Shown here: one piece after another, positions 37,060 to 45,308 of the stretch
How positions within the stretch are numbered: position 1 is the first letter of the stretch
How the letters are laid out: every line of letters starts with the position of its first letter
Translations under genes and position numbers: made by a program
Assembly: GCA_051388875.1 (NCBI GenBank)
Contig: JBMFFR010000003.1
Coordinates: 36,687 to 100,686, forward strand
Length of the DNA: 64,000 nucleotides
DNA from: Candidatus Brocadiia bacterium JP1
GTDB lineage: Bacteria > Planctomycetota > Brocadiia > Brocadiales > Bathyanammoxibiaceae
Direction of reading: 5' to 3'
The notes under the pieces: model-generated
Seen by the model: the letters and a program-made list of their open reading frames with translations, nothing else
Database searches by the model: none
What the model was told of the DNA's origin: nothing

Positions 37060-37257
37060 CTGAAAAACTCTGAGCAACTGTCATTCCTTCGCTCCGCTCA
37101 GGACGAGTATGAGGGAGTGAAACAAAGGGGAAGGGTCTAGATTCTTCACTTTGTTCAGAATGACCCTTTGGGTTAGATTCTTCGCTTCCCCTTCGCCTTT
37201 GGCTCAGGGCTTCGGCTTACTCAGAATGACATATGGATAGCAAAAATGATTTTTCAG
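37060..37257. repeat. MITE-like element copy 2 (termini CTGAAAAA / TTTTTCAG)
   Basis: Inverted termini lie at 37060-37067 and 37250-37257. Internal units are of the GTCATTC...GAATGAC and GATTCTTC type. The right end, reverse-complemented, matches the left end of the element at 831-972. Confidence 0.5.
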
Positions 37258-37266
37258 GGGTCTGGA

Positions 37267-38760
37267 TTACCTTCCCCCCATTGCAAGGAATAATACCTTT
37301 TCAGGGGTGGCCTCTTCTTTGCGCAACTCGCCCATGATTCTTCCGTTATGCATTACCAGTATCCTGTCACTATGGTCTATAACCTCTTGGAGTTCGGAAG
37401 ATATTAGTATTACGGCGGCGCCTCTATCAGCAAGCTCTCTTATAAGGCTATGGACTTCTTCTTTTGCACCCACGTCAATCCCGCGGGTAGGCTCATCAAA
37501 GATAAAGACCCTTGCTCCCTTGAGTAGCCATTTTGCAAGGACTACCTTCTGCTGGTTACCACCGCTGAGGTTTATTACCTTTTGCTCAAGGCTTGGGGTT
37601 TTAACCCTCAGGTTTTCCACCATCTTGCGTGCGGCACCGCCTTCTTTCTTGCCGTTGACAAAGCCAAGGTTAGCAAAGCTAGGGAGACTGGCTAGACTTA
37701 TGTTTTCCCTTACTGCCATATTTAGCACTAGCCCCAGCCCTTTCCTATCTTCTGGAACAAGTACTACCCCCGCCCTTGTAGCGTAGATGGGGGACTTGAA
37801 GTGTACAGGGCGCCCAAGTATGAGTATCCTTCCTTTATCCAGTGGGTCCAGTCCGTAAAGCGCCCTTGCAAGTTCTGTCTTGCCTGCCCCTACCAGACCT
37901 GCGAGGCCTAAAATCTCTCCCTCTGTTACAACCAGGTTAATATCTTCAAGGATGCCTCTTCTTGTTAGCCCCTCTACTCTTAATATTTCTCGCCCGAGGG
38001 CTACTTCTTTTCTAGGAGTGGCTTTTGTAAAGACTTTACCCAGCATTAGTTCAATGAGCCTTTCTTTAGTGATGTCCTGGAGCTTGCAGGTTTCCACCAG
38101 TTGCCCATCCCTCAGTACGGTGACGCTATCAGCAATCTCAAATATCTCTTCTAAGCGATGGGATATGTAGATTATTCCTTTTCCCTCCGCTTTTAGAATT
38201 CGGATAATGGAAAAGAGCGTTTCTGTTTCCTTCATACTCAAGGTGGCAGTGGGCTCATCCATTGCAATTACCACGGCTTCTTTGGCTAGTGCCTTGGCGA
38301 TCTCCACTAGCTGTTGTTGCGCAACGCCAAGGTTGGCCACCTGTTCTTTGGGACTGAAAGTGGCGCCTAGTTTTTCAAGATAACGGGTAGTCTCCATGTA
38401 CATCCTGTTATGATCTACGAAACCCAATCGGTTGCGGGGTTCCATTCCTAGAAAGATGTTTTCAGCCACTGTTAAATGGGGGACAAGGTTAAACTCTTGG
38501 TAAATAATGCTGATGCCTAAATCCATGGCCTTTTTAGGGGAGGTGATGTTTAGTCGTGTGCCATCCATAAAGATGTCCCCAGCGTCCATTTGTATAGCAC
38601 CTGAGAGTATTTTTAGTAGGGTGGATTTGCCTGCGCCGTTTACCCCCAGAAGGGCATGGACCTCCCCAAACATGACCTCAAAATCTACCCCATCCAGGGC
38701 TCGGACACCCGGGTACTCCTTCCTTATGCCCCTCATAAGGAGTTTATTTGAAAGGGTCAT
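37267..38760 (-). CDS. Sugar ABC transporter ATP-binding protein (duplicated ABC domains, RbsA/MglA-like)
   Basis: Two Walker A motifs (GVNGAGKST, GLVGAGKTE) and the signature LSGGNQQK. Confidence 0.9.
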   Translation of the reverse strand: MTLSNKLLMRGIRKEYPGVRALDGVDFEVMFGEVHALLGVNGAGKSTLLKILSGAIQMDAGDIFMDGTRLNITSPKKAMDLGISIIYQEFNLVPHLTVAENIFLGMEPRNRLGFVDHNRMYMETTRYLEKLGATFSPKEQVANLGVAQQQLVEIAKALAKEAVVIAMDEPTATLSMKETETLFSIIRILKAEGKGIIYISHRLEEIFEIADSVTVLRDGQLVETCKLQDITKERLIELMLGKVFTKATPRKEVALGREILRVEGLTRRGILEDINLVVTEGEILGLAGLVGAGKTELARALYGLDPLDKGRILILGRPVHFKSPIYATRAGVVLVPEDRKGLGLVLNMAVRENISLASLPSFANLGFVNGKKEGGAARKMVENLRVKTPSLEQKVINLSGGNQQKVVLAKWLLKGARVFIFDEPTRGIDVGAKEEVHSLIRELADRGAAVILISSELQEVIDHSDRILVMHNGRIMGELRKEEATPEKVLFLAMGGR

Positions 38761-39666
38761 TTAATCTTTTTTAGGTAGGGATTCTATGTCTATTATCCCT
38801 GTTTCTATAGGGATTTCAAAGGGGACGGTTGACCCCTCTAGGAAGGCAGCCACAGTTTCTATCGTAACTTTTCCTATGTTTTCTGGATACTGTACGACGT
38901 CAGCCTTGAGTGGGCCACCCTTTTTTATGGCCTGTATAGCCTCGGGCGTGGCATCGTAACCAACAACAAAGATGTCGCGTCTATTAGCCGCCTCCAGGGC
39001 GGCAACGGCTCCCAGGGCTGTATTATCATTTATTGCAAAAATCCCCTTTATCGCTGGGTGTGCAAGGAGCATGTTTTGCATGATTATCATAGCCTTGTCT
39101 CTATCACCACCGGCGGAGGGTTCGTCCACCACTTTCATATTTGGATACCCCGCTAGTGCCTCCTTAAAGCCAGCTACACGTTCCTGGACGCTTGTTACTT
39201 CAGGATGGTCTATTATGCCAATCTCCCCTTCATTGTTAAGCAATTTGGCCAGGTAATGTCCTGCCAGGCGGCCACCCTGGCGGTTATCAGAGGCTATATG
39301 GCATACTACCCTTGCATCTTTTGACCTTATATCAGCGGTAAAGACAGGGATACCTGACTTGTTGGCCTTTTCAATGGCCGTTCCTATACCTATGGAATCT
39401 ACGGGGCATATCACCAGGGCGTCTACCCTTTGTACTATAAAATTTTCCACTTGGGCGGTTTGCAGATTAAGGTCCTTTTCAGCAGATTGTATGCTGAGCT
39501 TAATCCCCCTCCTTTTTGCCTCCTCTTGCAGTCCCCTTTCAAGCTCCTGATAGAAGACGTCACGGGTAAGCAGGGTGACGCCCACCAGGGATTCCTTCTT
39601 TTTTGCCCCTGTTTCAACTGTAATAATTAAAAGCAATATAGAAAGTATAATAAAGTTCTTAATCAT
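38761..39666 (-). CDS. Periplasmic sugar-binding protein (RbsB/LacI-fold type)
   Basis: Signal peptide and periplasmic-binding-protein type I sequence. Its stop abuts the ATPase start. Confidence 0.85.
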   Translation of the reverse strand: MIKNFIILSILLLIITVETGAKKKESLVGVTLLTRDVFYQELERGLQEEAKRRGIKLSIQSAEKDLNLQTAQVENFIVQRVDALVICPVDSIGIGTAIEKANKSGIPVFTADIRSKDARVVCHIASDNRQGGRLAGHYLAKLLNNEGEIGIIDHPEVTSVQERVAGFKEALAGYPNMKVVDEPSAGGDRDKAMIIMQNMLLAHPAIKGIFAINDNTALGAVAALEAANRRDIFVVGYDATPEAIQAIKKGGPLKADVVQYPENIGKVTIETVAAFLEGSTVPFEIPIETGIIDIESLPKKD

Positions 39667-39746
39667 CTATTTTCGTATTATTAGAAGAATGTAAACGTAT
39701 ATATCATATTTAGGTGCTTGTCAAGGCAAGTTCACTCAGGTGTTGA

Positions 39747-39775
39747 TTGACAGGGGTAATAGGGGGTGATATATT
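39747..39775 (+). promoter_or_regulatory. Sigma70-type promoter candidate directly abutting a start codon
   Basis: TTGACA (39747-39752), 17-nt spacer, TATATT (39770-39775). The ATG at 39785 follows 9 nt later with no SD. Confidence 0.5.
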
Positions 39776-39784
39776 GCCGATTAG

Positions 39785-40570
39785 ATGTTCAACAAAATAA
39801 GGCTAGCAATAGTTAGGAGCAAGCCCTTTCGGGTGCTATACACGGCTTATGGCTGGGTATTGGTTTGTGGTATTTGGGCCATTTGCTATGCCCTTGCGGT
39901 GATAGCCTCAGTAGGAAGCAATAGGAAGTTTGAGATATACAGCCTTTTTTGTAGGACTGCTGCCAAAGTCATTGTAAAAGGTTTAGGTATGAAGGTTCGG
40001 ATAGAGGGTAGAGAGAATATACCCAATACTGAGCCTTTTATATTTATTTGTAATCATCAGAGTCATTTTGACATCAAACTGGTATTTGCCTTTGTCCCAA
40101 GAAACTTCTGTTTCGTCTCTAAGGAAGAAGTGACTAAGATTCCTATATTAGAGGGTTACATGAAGGTGGCCGACCATGTTGGTATACCAAGGGAGGAGAG
40201 CAGGAGGGCTTACCTTGTCTTACAAGGGCTCATAGAAAGGGCAAAGGCGGGAAAGACTTTGGTCATATTTCCTGAGGGCACAAGGAGTCCCGACGGGCGA
40301 CTGCAACCATTTAAGAGGGGAATTGCTTATGTGGTGCTGAAGTCAGCTAGAAGTGTTATTCCTATGATTATTCTTGGTAGCCGTAAATTTCTGCCAAAGG
40401 GGAGTTTGTTATGCAATCCTGAGTATAGGGAGATAACCATAAGGTTTGGCAAGCCTGTTAGCTTTCCATTAATGGAAAGAGTGTCTAGGGAAGACTCTCT
40501 CTTGGTAGCGGAGAAGCTAAAACAGGAGGTGCAGGCGCTCTTAGAAGAAAGGGAGGCAGTTTGTGTCTGA
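39785..40570 (+). CDS. plsC: 1-acyl-sn-glycerol-3-phosphate acyltransferase
   Basis: HxxxxD motif (NHQSHFD) and FPEGTRS. Confidence 0.85.
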   Translation: MFNKIRLAIVRSKPFRVLYTAYGWVLVCGIWAICYALAVIASVGSNRKFEIYSLFCRTAAKVIVKGLGMKVRIEGRENIPNTEPFIFICNHQSHFDIKLVFAFVPRNFCFVSKEEVTKIPILEGYMKVADHVGIPREESRRAYLVLQGLIERAKAGKTLVIFPEGTRSPDGRLQPFKRGIAYVVLKSARSVIPMIILGSRKFLPKGSLLCNPEYREITIRFGKPVSFPLMERVSREDSLLVAEKLKQEVQALLEEREAVCV

Positions 40571-41159
40571 GGAAAGACCCAAACCCTTTGAGGATGTCAT
40601 TAATTGTGGCAGGGATATAATATTTAAACCCCAGATATTCTTTCAAGAGATGACTCTAGCGGGTGGTTATTTAAGGCCCCTTTTCTTTGCCTCTACTGTT
40701 TTCCTTATTGTATTTACATACAACGCATTGTTAGTGATTACCGGTCTTTCCTTTCCTAATGGGCAGGAGGTGAAGGGAGAGTCGCCGGTAGATGTACTGC
40801 TGAGAGCACCTATACTTTACGCTCTTTGGGTGGTTGGCCTATTTGGGGGGGCTGCCCTTCTACACCTATCCTTTAAACTCCTTAACGGTAAGGCCTCCTT
40901 TCTTGGTACTTTCTGTATTTTTGCCTATAGTTCAGTATCAAATCTCTTAAGTGTTGTGCCTTTCCTGGGGCAGTATCTTTCCCCTATATATGGTATAGTC
41001 TTAATCATGTTGGGTGGGCGATATATGCATGGTTTGTCAAACCCTAGGGCTATAATTGCCGCCCTTATACCGGCGTTAATGATTTGGGTAGTAGTCTTTG
41101 TCCTTCTCTATACGGGGGTGTTACCATTGGAAAAACTGAAGGAGGGGTTAAGGCACTGA
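40563..41159 (+). CDS. Yip1-like polytopic membrane protein
   Basis: GTG start overlaps the plsC stop. Five predicted TM helices. The family call is tentative. Confidence 0.5.
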   Translation: MSEERPKPFEDVINCGRDIIFKPQIFFQEMTLAGGYLRPLFFASTVFLIVFTYNALLVITGLSFPNGQEVKGESPVDVLLRAPILYALWVVGLFGGAALLHLSFKLLNGKASFLGTFCIFAYSSVSNLLSVVPFLGQYLSPIYGIVLIMLGGRYMHGLSNPRAIIAALIPALMIWVVVFVLLYTGVLPLEKLKEGLRH

Positions 41160-41161
41160 GT

Positions 41162-42088
41162 TTAAGTGGTTCTTAAAAGGTACTCAAAGGCGCTCATGAC
41201 AGCTGTGGCAGCTTGACCAGAGGCTATAACTATCTGTTTGTCCTTTACATTGGTAACATCGCCAGCGGCAAAGAGTCCCGGGGTGCCGGTCCAGGTGTCG
41301 CAATCCACTATTATTTCTCCACGCTCGTTCATTTGTACCAATTCCTTTGCAAAGTCACTGTTGGGTAATAATCCTATTTCTACAAAGACGCCATCCACTG
41401 TAAGGCTCTTGTATTCGTCTCCCTTCGGAAATGTCTTTATTGTAACCCCTTTTACCATTTCATGGCCGACAATGGCTTCTACCACGTAGCCTATTATCTT
41501 TTCAATGTTGGTGGCCGCTTTGACGTTCTCTATGAGAGGTGCCTCATTAGCCCTCCACTCACGGCGAGATATAAGATAGACTTTGTTTGCAATCCTTGAG
41601 AGTTCAAAGGCGGCGGACAGGGCAGAGTTTCCCCCGCCGACTACTGCTACATTGGCATCAGCAAATAGGGGAGCGTCGCAAGTGGCACAATAACTAACGC
41701 CCTTACCTCTGTATTTATCTTCACCCTGGACGCCCAGTTGTCTTGGTTTGGCACCGGTGGCTATTATGCAAGATTTGGCTGTGTGTTCCTTGCCAGAGTT
41801 AGTCTGGACGACGAAGACCCCATTACTATGTGAAAGCCTCGTAATTTTTTCCCCAAAATGTCTTTCTATATCAAATTTATCCATCTGTGAGCGGAACTTC
41901 TCCACCAGCTCTGGGCCAGTTATGTAGGGGAAACCGGGGTAGTTCTCTATGCCGAAGGTAGTGGCCACTTGCCCCCCAACATCCTCACTAAGCATAATAA
42001 TGTCTATTCTCTTTCTGGCGGCGTAGATTGCGGCAGTCATACCGGCTGGGCCACAACCAAGTATCATCAATTCGTGGACAGAGCCCAT
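41162..42088 (-). CDS. trxB: Thioredoxin-disulfide reductase
   Basis: FAD motif GCGPAG, the redox CATCDA motif and NAD(P)H motif GGGNSA. Confidence 0.9.
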   Translation of the reverse strand: MGSVHELMILGCGPAGMTAAIYAARKRIDIIMLSEDVGGQVATTFGIENYPGFPYITGPELVEKFRSQMDKFDIERHFGEKITRLSHSNGVFVVQTNSGKEHTAKSCIIATGAKPRQLGVQGEDKYRGKGVSYCATCDAPLFADANVAVVGGGNSALSAAFELSRIANKVYLISRREWRANEAPLIENVKAATNIEKIIGYVVEAIVGHEMVKGVTIKTFPKGDEYKSLTVDGVFVEIGLLPNSDFAKELVQMNERGEIIVDCDTWTGTPGLFAAGDVTNVKDKQIVIASGQAATAVMSAFEYLLRTT

Positions 42089-42112
42089 AAGTAGAGTTCA
42101 GTATGTCTTAGG

Positions 42113-42355
42113 TCAACTCTTTTGCTCTTCAAGAATCTTTTCAATCCTTGTCTGATCAAAGCCTATCATCACCTCTTCGCCAGCAGATATGACAGGCACA
42201 CTGCGACCCCCGCTGATGCGAATCATTTCCTTAAGGGCCTCTTTGTCCTGAGTGACATTATACTCTTTGTATGGGATGCCTTTTTTCTTGAAGTAATCTT
42301 TGGCTTTTACACAATAAGGGCAGGTAGGTGTTGTGTAAATCTTTATATCAATCAT
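42113..42355 (-). CDS. Glutaredoxin/NrdH-like small redoxin
   Basis: 80 aa with a TCPYC active site, and VP and GF motifs of the glutaredoxin fold. Confidence 0.85.
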   Translation of the reverse strand: MIDIKIYTTPTCPYCVKAKDYFKKKGIPYKEYNVTQDKEALKEMIRISGGRSVPVISAGEEVMIGFDQTRIEKILEEQKS

Positions 42356-42485
42356 GAGTTAGCTCCTTTAAAGAGGATTAAGAATATTCATCAAAAATGA
42401 TATTATTAAAATCAGTAAAAAAGTTCAAGCAGAAAGGGGATGACCTGCTTGACAGGGGTTTTATTTCTGGTATATTAGACTTCGG

Positions 42486-42562
<77 letters not shown>

Positions 42563-42605
42563 TAACTTTTATTTTGTTATTTTTCTAGTTGAAGAGGATT
42601 TTAGA

Positions 42606-42665
42606 GGCACGAATCTAAGCCAGCAAACATTTCAGAGGAGAGGCTTGGGTTTGTGCCTTTTTTAT
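42606..42665 (+). terminator. Long hairpin plus U-tract (intrinsic terminator or csp 5' element)
   Basis: GGCACGAAUCUAAGCC pairs over 16 bp (including G:U pairs) with GGCUUGGGUUUGUGCC, followed by TTTTTTAT. Confidence 0.55.
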
Positions 42666-42701
42666 TTGTAGTTAGATACATTAGAGAAAGGGAGACTAAA
42701 A

Positions 42702-42905
42702 ATGCCAAAAGGCAAGGTTAAATGGTTTAGTGACAAAAAGGGCTACGGGTTTATTACGTCAGACGATGGCAAGGATTTGTTTGTCCATCACACTAGTATC
42801 AAAGGTGAAGGGCGCCGAACCCTTAGAGAGGGTGATGATGTAGAGTTTGAGGTAAAACAAGGTCCAAAAGGGGAGCAGGCAGTTAACGTAGCAGTGAAAC
42901 GTTAA
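42702..42905 (+). CDS. cspA: Cold-shock protein
   Basis: [16 protein letters not shown] (RNP1) and DLFVHH (RNP2). Confidence 0.95.
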   Translation: MPKGKVKWFSDKKGYGFITSDDGKDLFVHHTSIKGEGRRTLREGDDVEFEVKQGPKGEQAVNVAVKR

Positions 42906-42963
42906 AGATTAGACCCTCGCTAGGTTTTAGTTAGCAGTTAATTGTTTCAATAAGAGTGGAGTA

Positions 42964-43269
42964 ATGGATGTAGTAAAAATCTCGGAATATCGTGGTGAGT
43001 ACTTTAAGATTCTTCAGGGGACTGAGCGCTCACAGTCAGGTGTGATGACCCTTGGGGTGGGAAAGGACACAGGTGAGGGGGATGTTCACCCAGGAGACCA
43101 GATTATCTACGTAGTGGAAGGAAAGGCCTTCCTGAGGTTAGGCAAAGAAGAATTTGTTGGGGAGGCTGGTAGCCTAGTTACCATTCCTGCCGGCACACAT
43201 CATTATGTACGGAATGAAGGGAATGTACCTTTATTCATTCTTACTATATACGCCCCGCCAGTTTATTGA
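42964..43269 (+). CDS. Cupin-domain protein
   Basis: About 100 aa with a cupin-like GD..Y...G and P.G..H pattern (HPGDQIIYVVEG, IPAGTHHYVRNEG). Confidence 0.75.
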   Translation: MDVVKISEYRGEYFKILQGTERSQSGVMTLGVGKDTGEGDVHPGDQIIYVVEGKAFLRLGKEEFVGEAGSLVTIPAGTHHYVRNEGNVPLFILTIYAPPVY

Positions 43270-43295
43270 TATAAACCACTTAGAGTAGGCTCTTT

Positions 43296-44039
43296 TTACG
43301 GGTTCCGCAGTACATTAAGTATTTCTTCGGGGTCTGGGCGAACCATAAGGTTGGTAGTTGCACGTATCCAGCGGACAAAGCCCTCTTTATTTACAATTAG
43401 TGTGGCTGGTCTAGAGACGTCTCCTCCTTTATAGCCACCCTTTGCATGTAGAAGCCCATACTTTGTAACCACTTCCATCTTGGGGTCTGAAAGGAAGATT
43501 AAGTTGAGATTGGTCTTTTGCTTATAGGCTGCCAGGGATTCTGGGCTATCACCGCTAATGGTGATGACCTTAGCCCCCAATCTTTCTATCTCAGCGAGTC
43601 TTGCTCCAAGACCTTGGAGCTCTGCCCGACAGCCGGGTCACCATACGCCCCGATAAAACACTATGACTGCCCCATACTTCCCTTTCAGGCTGGAGAGGGC
43701 GAATGAGTTACTCTGATAGTCCAAAAGGGTGAAATCGGGTGCTGGCTGGTCTATGGACACCTTGACCTCTGCCGGGGATAGCTTGGCATAAATGAAGCGA
43801 ATATAAACGAATAGGGATGAAACCAGCAGGGCAAGAATTAGCGGTGCAATAGTCCAGGCAGACTTTTCCTGCTTTAAATTGTATATGGCCCAAGCTATCG
43901 CAACCAGTAGGATTATCAAGTTGGGTATTGCTGTATTCCTGACCCAGGGAACTCCTAACAGTAAGAAAAAGCTGGTTACCCCTAATAGGGCTAATATGAG
44001 TGGACCAATTTGTAAAATTCTTAGCTTCATATTGAACAC
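43296..44039 (-). CDS. Membrane-anchored peroxiredoxin-like/AhpC-TSA redoxin, probable selenoprotein (TGA at 43638-43640 read as Sec)
   Basis: Two same-frame ORFs are joined by a single TGA at the W-C-P-x-C position (FYRGVW-U-PGC). Three N-terminal TM helices. A downstream hairpin is present. Confidence 0.7.
43603..43620 (-). promoter_or_regulatory. Candidate bacterial SECIS apical hairpin
   Basis: The mRNA reads GCUCCAA-GGUC-UUGGAGC and starts 17 nt after the UGA. Confidence 0.55.
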
Positions 44040-44055
44040 AGGGATTGCTAGTTAT

Positions 44056-45108
44056 TTATTCAAACGATTCGTACCTTAAGACTTCCTCCAAGCGTTTCCT
44101 TTGAGATTCTACCTCATTTAATTTTTCATACAAGTGTTCTAACCTTTCTGTAATTTTAGAGCGTTCTTTGTCAAATTGTTCCGACTGTTGAGCTAGATGT
44201 CCATCCACTTCCTTTTTTGGCAAAAATAGTCTTTTTTCAGTTCGTACTATTCTTGGTCTTCCTATAGGTCTTCCCTCTTCATCCATGTTCTCAATAGTCC
44301 TTTCTGTAACTTCCTTAGATTCTTCTTCGGACTGTTGTTTTAGTTCAATGCGTTGCCAGTTTAAATAATCCCTTGTACGGGCATCAAAGTCACTAAGCGT
44401 GCCCCTTATTTGCACAATTTCATCCCTTATTTTTGCGAACAGCAAATCGGCCTCATATAGTTGGGCTTCCTTTTCGTCAATGGTTTCCCACCAGTCTTTT
44501 GGTATAGACCTTACTTCTCCTTCAATTTTGCTGGCTTTCTCTTGGGTATTTGCCTCATGGTAGGCTGCTTTTGCGGTCGCAATGTTTCCAAGCTTTCTAT
44601 AAGTATCTCCAATCAATTCCAAGGCCTGCGAGTTTTGGGGATTATGTTTGAGGACTTCCTTTAGTGTGCTTATGGTCAGGCCGTTTAAACCCTCTGCATA
44701 GTAGAGCATAGCTGTTTTTAAAAGCCCGACTTCTTGCGGACTCCACCGGGATAGGCTTTTCTCTTTTGACCTGTGGAAATATTCCGTGGCTATCGCATTA
44801 TTACTATCCAGGAGCAGTACCCAGCGGAGATTTTCTACTGCTTGGTCATATTCTCCAAGGTAGTGATTGGCAATTCCCAGGAGGAGATGAGCCTCTTTGT
44901 TTAATGTGTCTTTTTTGAGGATAAATTCACACAGCCTAGCTACTTGCCTGTATTGTCTTGCCTTCAGTCCTTCATCTGCCATCTCTAGGAGCAAATCGGT
45001 ATCACTAGCGGCACTCCTCTCTTCATGAGGAAGTTGCGTGGAGCTTTGGGCATAAGTGGGCGTGCCTGATAGAGTAAGAAGCAACAAAAAAGGGCAAGTT
45101 AACCTCAT
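44056..45108 (-). CDS. Secreted TPR plus coiled-coil protein
   Basis: Signal peptide, TPR-like repeats, and a charged coiled-coil C-terminal half. Confidence 0.6.
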   Translation of the reverse strand: MRLTCPFLLLLTLSGTPTYAQSSTQLPHEERSAASDTDLLLEMADEGLKARQYRQVARLCEFILKKDTLNKEAHLLLGIANHYLGEYDQAVENLRWVLLLDSNNAIATEYFHRSKEKSLSRWSPQEVGLLKTAMLYYAEGLNGLTISTLKEVLKHNPQNSQALELIGDTYRKLGNIATAKAAYHEANTQEKASKIEGEVRSIPKDWWETIDEKEAQLYEADLLFAKIRDEIVQIRGTLSDFDARTRDYLNWQRIELKQQSEEESKEVTERTIENMDEEGRPIGRPRIVRTEKRLFLPKKEVDGHLAQQSEQFDKERSKITERLEHLYEKLNEVESQRKRLEEVLRYESFE

Positions 45109-45148
45109 ACCTTCCCCTCTCCTTGAGAAGGTTCGTTGATACTATTGT

Positions 45149-45244
45149 TTACTTCTTCTGCCTCATTCTTCTTAAACGGCGCCTGAGGATATACTTCTTT
45201 CTATTGAGTCTGTGTTTCTTTTTTCCCTCATAACCTGCTGCCAT
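45149..45244 (-). CDS. Unannotated 31-aa highly basic peptide
   Basis: ATG lies 5 nt after the SD AAGGAG (45250-45255). It translates to MAAGYEGKKKHRLNRKKYILRRRLRRMRQKK. Confidence 0.4.
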   Translation of the reverse strand: MAAGYEGKKKHRLNRKKYILRRRLRRMRQKK

Positions 45245-45308
45245 AAATTCTCCTTTAATAAATATTTTTATTTTAGAAATTATCAGAAATTAATGCGGTG
45301 TCAAGTTG

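Noticed and set aside
43296-44039. Reading the split redoxin gene as a frameshifted pseudogene
   Set aside because: Both parts are in the same frame and are interrupted by a single TGA located exactly at the active-site Cys column. A stable hairpin lies downstream. Recoding is the more economical explanation, though it needs sel genes elsewhere for confirmation.
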